Origin: Callorhinchus milii
Taxonomy: Eukaryota
Direction of reading: 5' to 3'
Assembly (NCBI RefSeq): GCF_018977255.1
Contig: NW_024704743.1
Coordinates: 87,236,001-87,300,000 of the forward strand
Length of the DNA stretch: 64,000 nt
The position numbers were made by a program, and so were the translations under genes. Below are positions 61,906-64,000 of the stretch, in pieces. The notes beneath the pieces were generated by a model that was not told the origin of the DNA, ran no database searches, and saw nothing but the letters and a program-made list of their open reading frames with translations. Position 1 is the stretch's first letter. Every line of letters begins with the position of its first letter.

Positions 61906-63744
61906 ACTATTATTATTAGCAACTGCTATATATCAAGCACATTACATTATTAGAGCATTGTTCTGTTTGTGGCACAATATATACAATAGTTGATCTGTTT
62001 ATATGAATTCCAGTTTATATATGCTTCACTCTGCTCAATCACTGATGTTATTTCAGAGCTCTGCAAAGTCAGGGACCATTCCTGCCTCCCACCACAATTT
62101 TTATGTATAATTACAAAATGTGCTGTGCAATGTAGAAAATAGACCTGATACCATATTCTACTGGGGGACGAAAGTTCTTTCAAATGATTTGGAGATTTCC
62201 CAGATAAATTATGGAGGGATTCCTCCACTAGGCTGCTACTTAATCATCACATTCCTAATAGTGATTCAAGTGCCTGCAAAACTAGTATTGTGTGAAAATC
62301 TACTTTGTATTATTTCCAGTGATTTACTGTGATTTACTTCTCTCCACAGCCATGTGTTGATGGTAGTTGTGTTGATCTAGTATTAACATGACATAGATCA
62401 AGGTGCTTAAGTTGTGCCATAGCTGAGCAATTTGTGGTGCTAGGTAGTGCTGGACACCAGCTTGATTGTTGCCTCAAAATATTGTGATTCTGATGAAGGA
62501 TTGTTATAGACCAAAAGCTTTACAGAAACTTTTCTCAAATTGTAATGGGCACAGAATTTGTATAAGCCGATAAACACAAACACTACGAATCAGGAAAATT
62601 AAAAATAAACTTAAAAGGAAATCTCCAAAAGTATTCCCAAAAGTTTGTAGTTCAATAAAGACAGCTTTGGATTGCACATTTTGACAATGTAATTTCAAAT
62701 ATCATATTTTCCAAGCCGATATTACCAAACCCTATCCTTCTGGGGAGTGCTGCCTCTTGGAATCAAAGCTAAACAATCAACTGAAGACTGAGAGGAGAAA
62801 CACTTTGTGTATCTATAAATTCTCCTTTGAACTCAAACCTGGGTACAGAGAACTTCAAAGATGTATTGCATTTAATCAGTGATTGTGATCCACAAGCCTC
62901 ACCTTCTCTGAACAAAAAGATATGAAGTAAAATATCTTCACTTCCATTGATAGATGAGAACAGTTTTCCTGTCAGAAATCTTGAGGTGAAACTCGTTTTG
63001 CACCTAAGTGTAGCCACTTGGATTATGCAATATGATAATGGGATTTTCCTTTTATAAGTGCACATGCTTTAAAGTTGCTACTTAGTGACATAAAGAATTT
63101 CATCCCCATTGTCCCTTCCATATATTTAGATCACTATGAAATTCAGAATATGCAACTGGTACTCATTGGGGTCTATATTTAATAGTTGGTTTGACAGCCC
63201 ATATATAAAACATGGGAATTGGGTTATCCTTGTACAAATTACAAACCAAAGCCAGTAATAATGTGATTGTGATGGTAGGGTGGGTATTTTGGAAGGTTGA
63301 GATCAAATGAACATTTGCCATCCAAAAACAATCTTGAGATCAATCTAAAATATTATAGAATTGCCTTGGACCCTGAGTCCTGTGCCTGAATGTTGAGCAA
63401 CCATTGACACAAATGGCAGAGTCGAGAAACAGTAATTTTATATTCAGTTCAACACGTTTCCAAGAAATGAATTGAATTTAATTGCAGTTTTTTTCAAAGT
63501 AGTACCTTATATGATTGAGTGATAATATTTTTTCCAGCACAACTGATAAGTTATAAGAATCTAAATTCCATGCATTGTCTGTCAACAAAATAATTTGAAA
63601 GGGACATAATTTAGTGCAAAATCTAAAACTTATTTTGGTAAATACACACCAGAGGCAGGTTGGCAAGGGCCAAGGCTTGGGAACTGCAGAGTGTGCAATG
63701 GGCTATTGTAATTTGACCAGCTAAAACTCCCTTTAACTTGCCAC

Positions 63745-64000
63745 TAAGAGCACTGTCTGGCAAGCTTCCCATACCGTTTCTGTCAGTATCATCCTGCCCA
63801 TTAGGCTTTCAGGTCTACCAGGAGCTGAGTGGGAAGAAACCTTATAACCCTCTAAGTCTGCCCCTCCAAAGCATACTGATGAGCCAAACTGGCTGATCTA
63901 AGCATTGATTTGAATTATTGCAGAAATGTCTGACTCAGGAACCAATACGCCACTAAGGATTGTCATAATTCCAACATTCCTTTGCCAAGCATGTTATGTT
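63745..64000 (+). repeat. Unclassified old interspersed repeat, also at about 12200-12550, 12828-12895 (+) and 9640-9770 (-)
   Basis: Shared blocks tctggcaagcttcc, atgagccaractggctgatcta, ctcaggarcca..aaggattg and ttgccaagcat. Confidence 0.6.

Noticed and set aside
363..63666. The many 60-125 aa ORFs in the six-frame track
   Set aside because: They are random-length ORFs or read-throughs of SINE/LINE sequence, with no recognisable domains apart from those listed.
1..64000. Prokaryotic-style systems (CRISPR array, retron, DGR, operon, defence island)
   Set aside because: There is no regular repeat-spacer array and no gene-dense organisation. All RT ORFs are eukaryotic CR1 LINE fragments in a vertebrate intron.

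Overview
Vertebrate nuclear DNA, AT-rich and dense in repeats. The mix of CR1 and L2 LINEs with Deu-type, CORE-type and LF-SINE-like tRNA SINEs suggests a cartilaginous fish; this is inferred and the species is not determined. The window is almost all intron of OXR1 (oxidation resistance 1, + strand). One coding exon is well supported at 60995-61194 (LKKKSQSVDIT...RRSELKRYYTI, canonical AG/GT, phase 2 in and phase 1 out). Two phase-compatible candidate first exons (46-98 and 35148-35161) are unproven. The only long ORFs are CR1 reverse-transcriptase fragments. I see no prokaryotic-type system and no convincing new gene system. The most interesting structures are: a complex A..B-A'-B' templated duplication at 28.2-30.2 kb; a three-layer transposon nest at 5.2-7.8 kb; a perfect 25-bp fold-back hairpin inside a SINE; three SINE architectures built by module shuffling onto one L2-type tail; and a possible RFX/CRE internal promoter. 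All identities and family assignments were made by eye or from memory, with no searches run.
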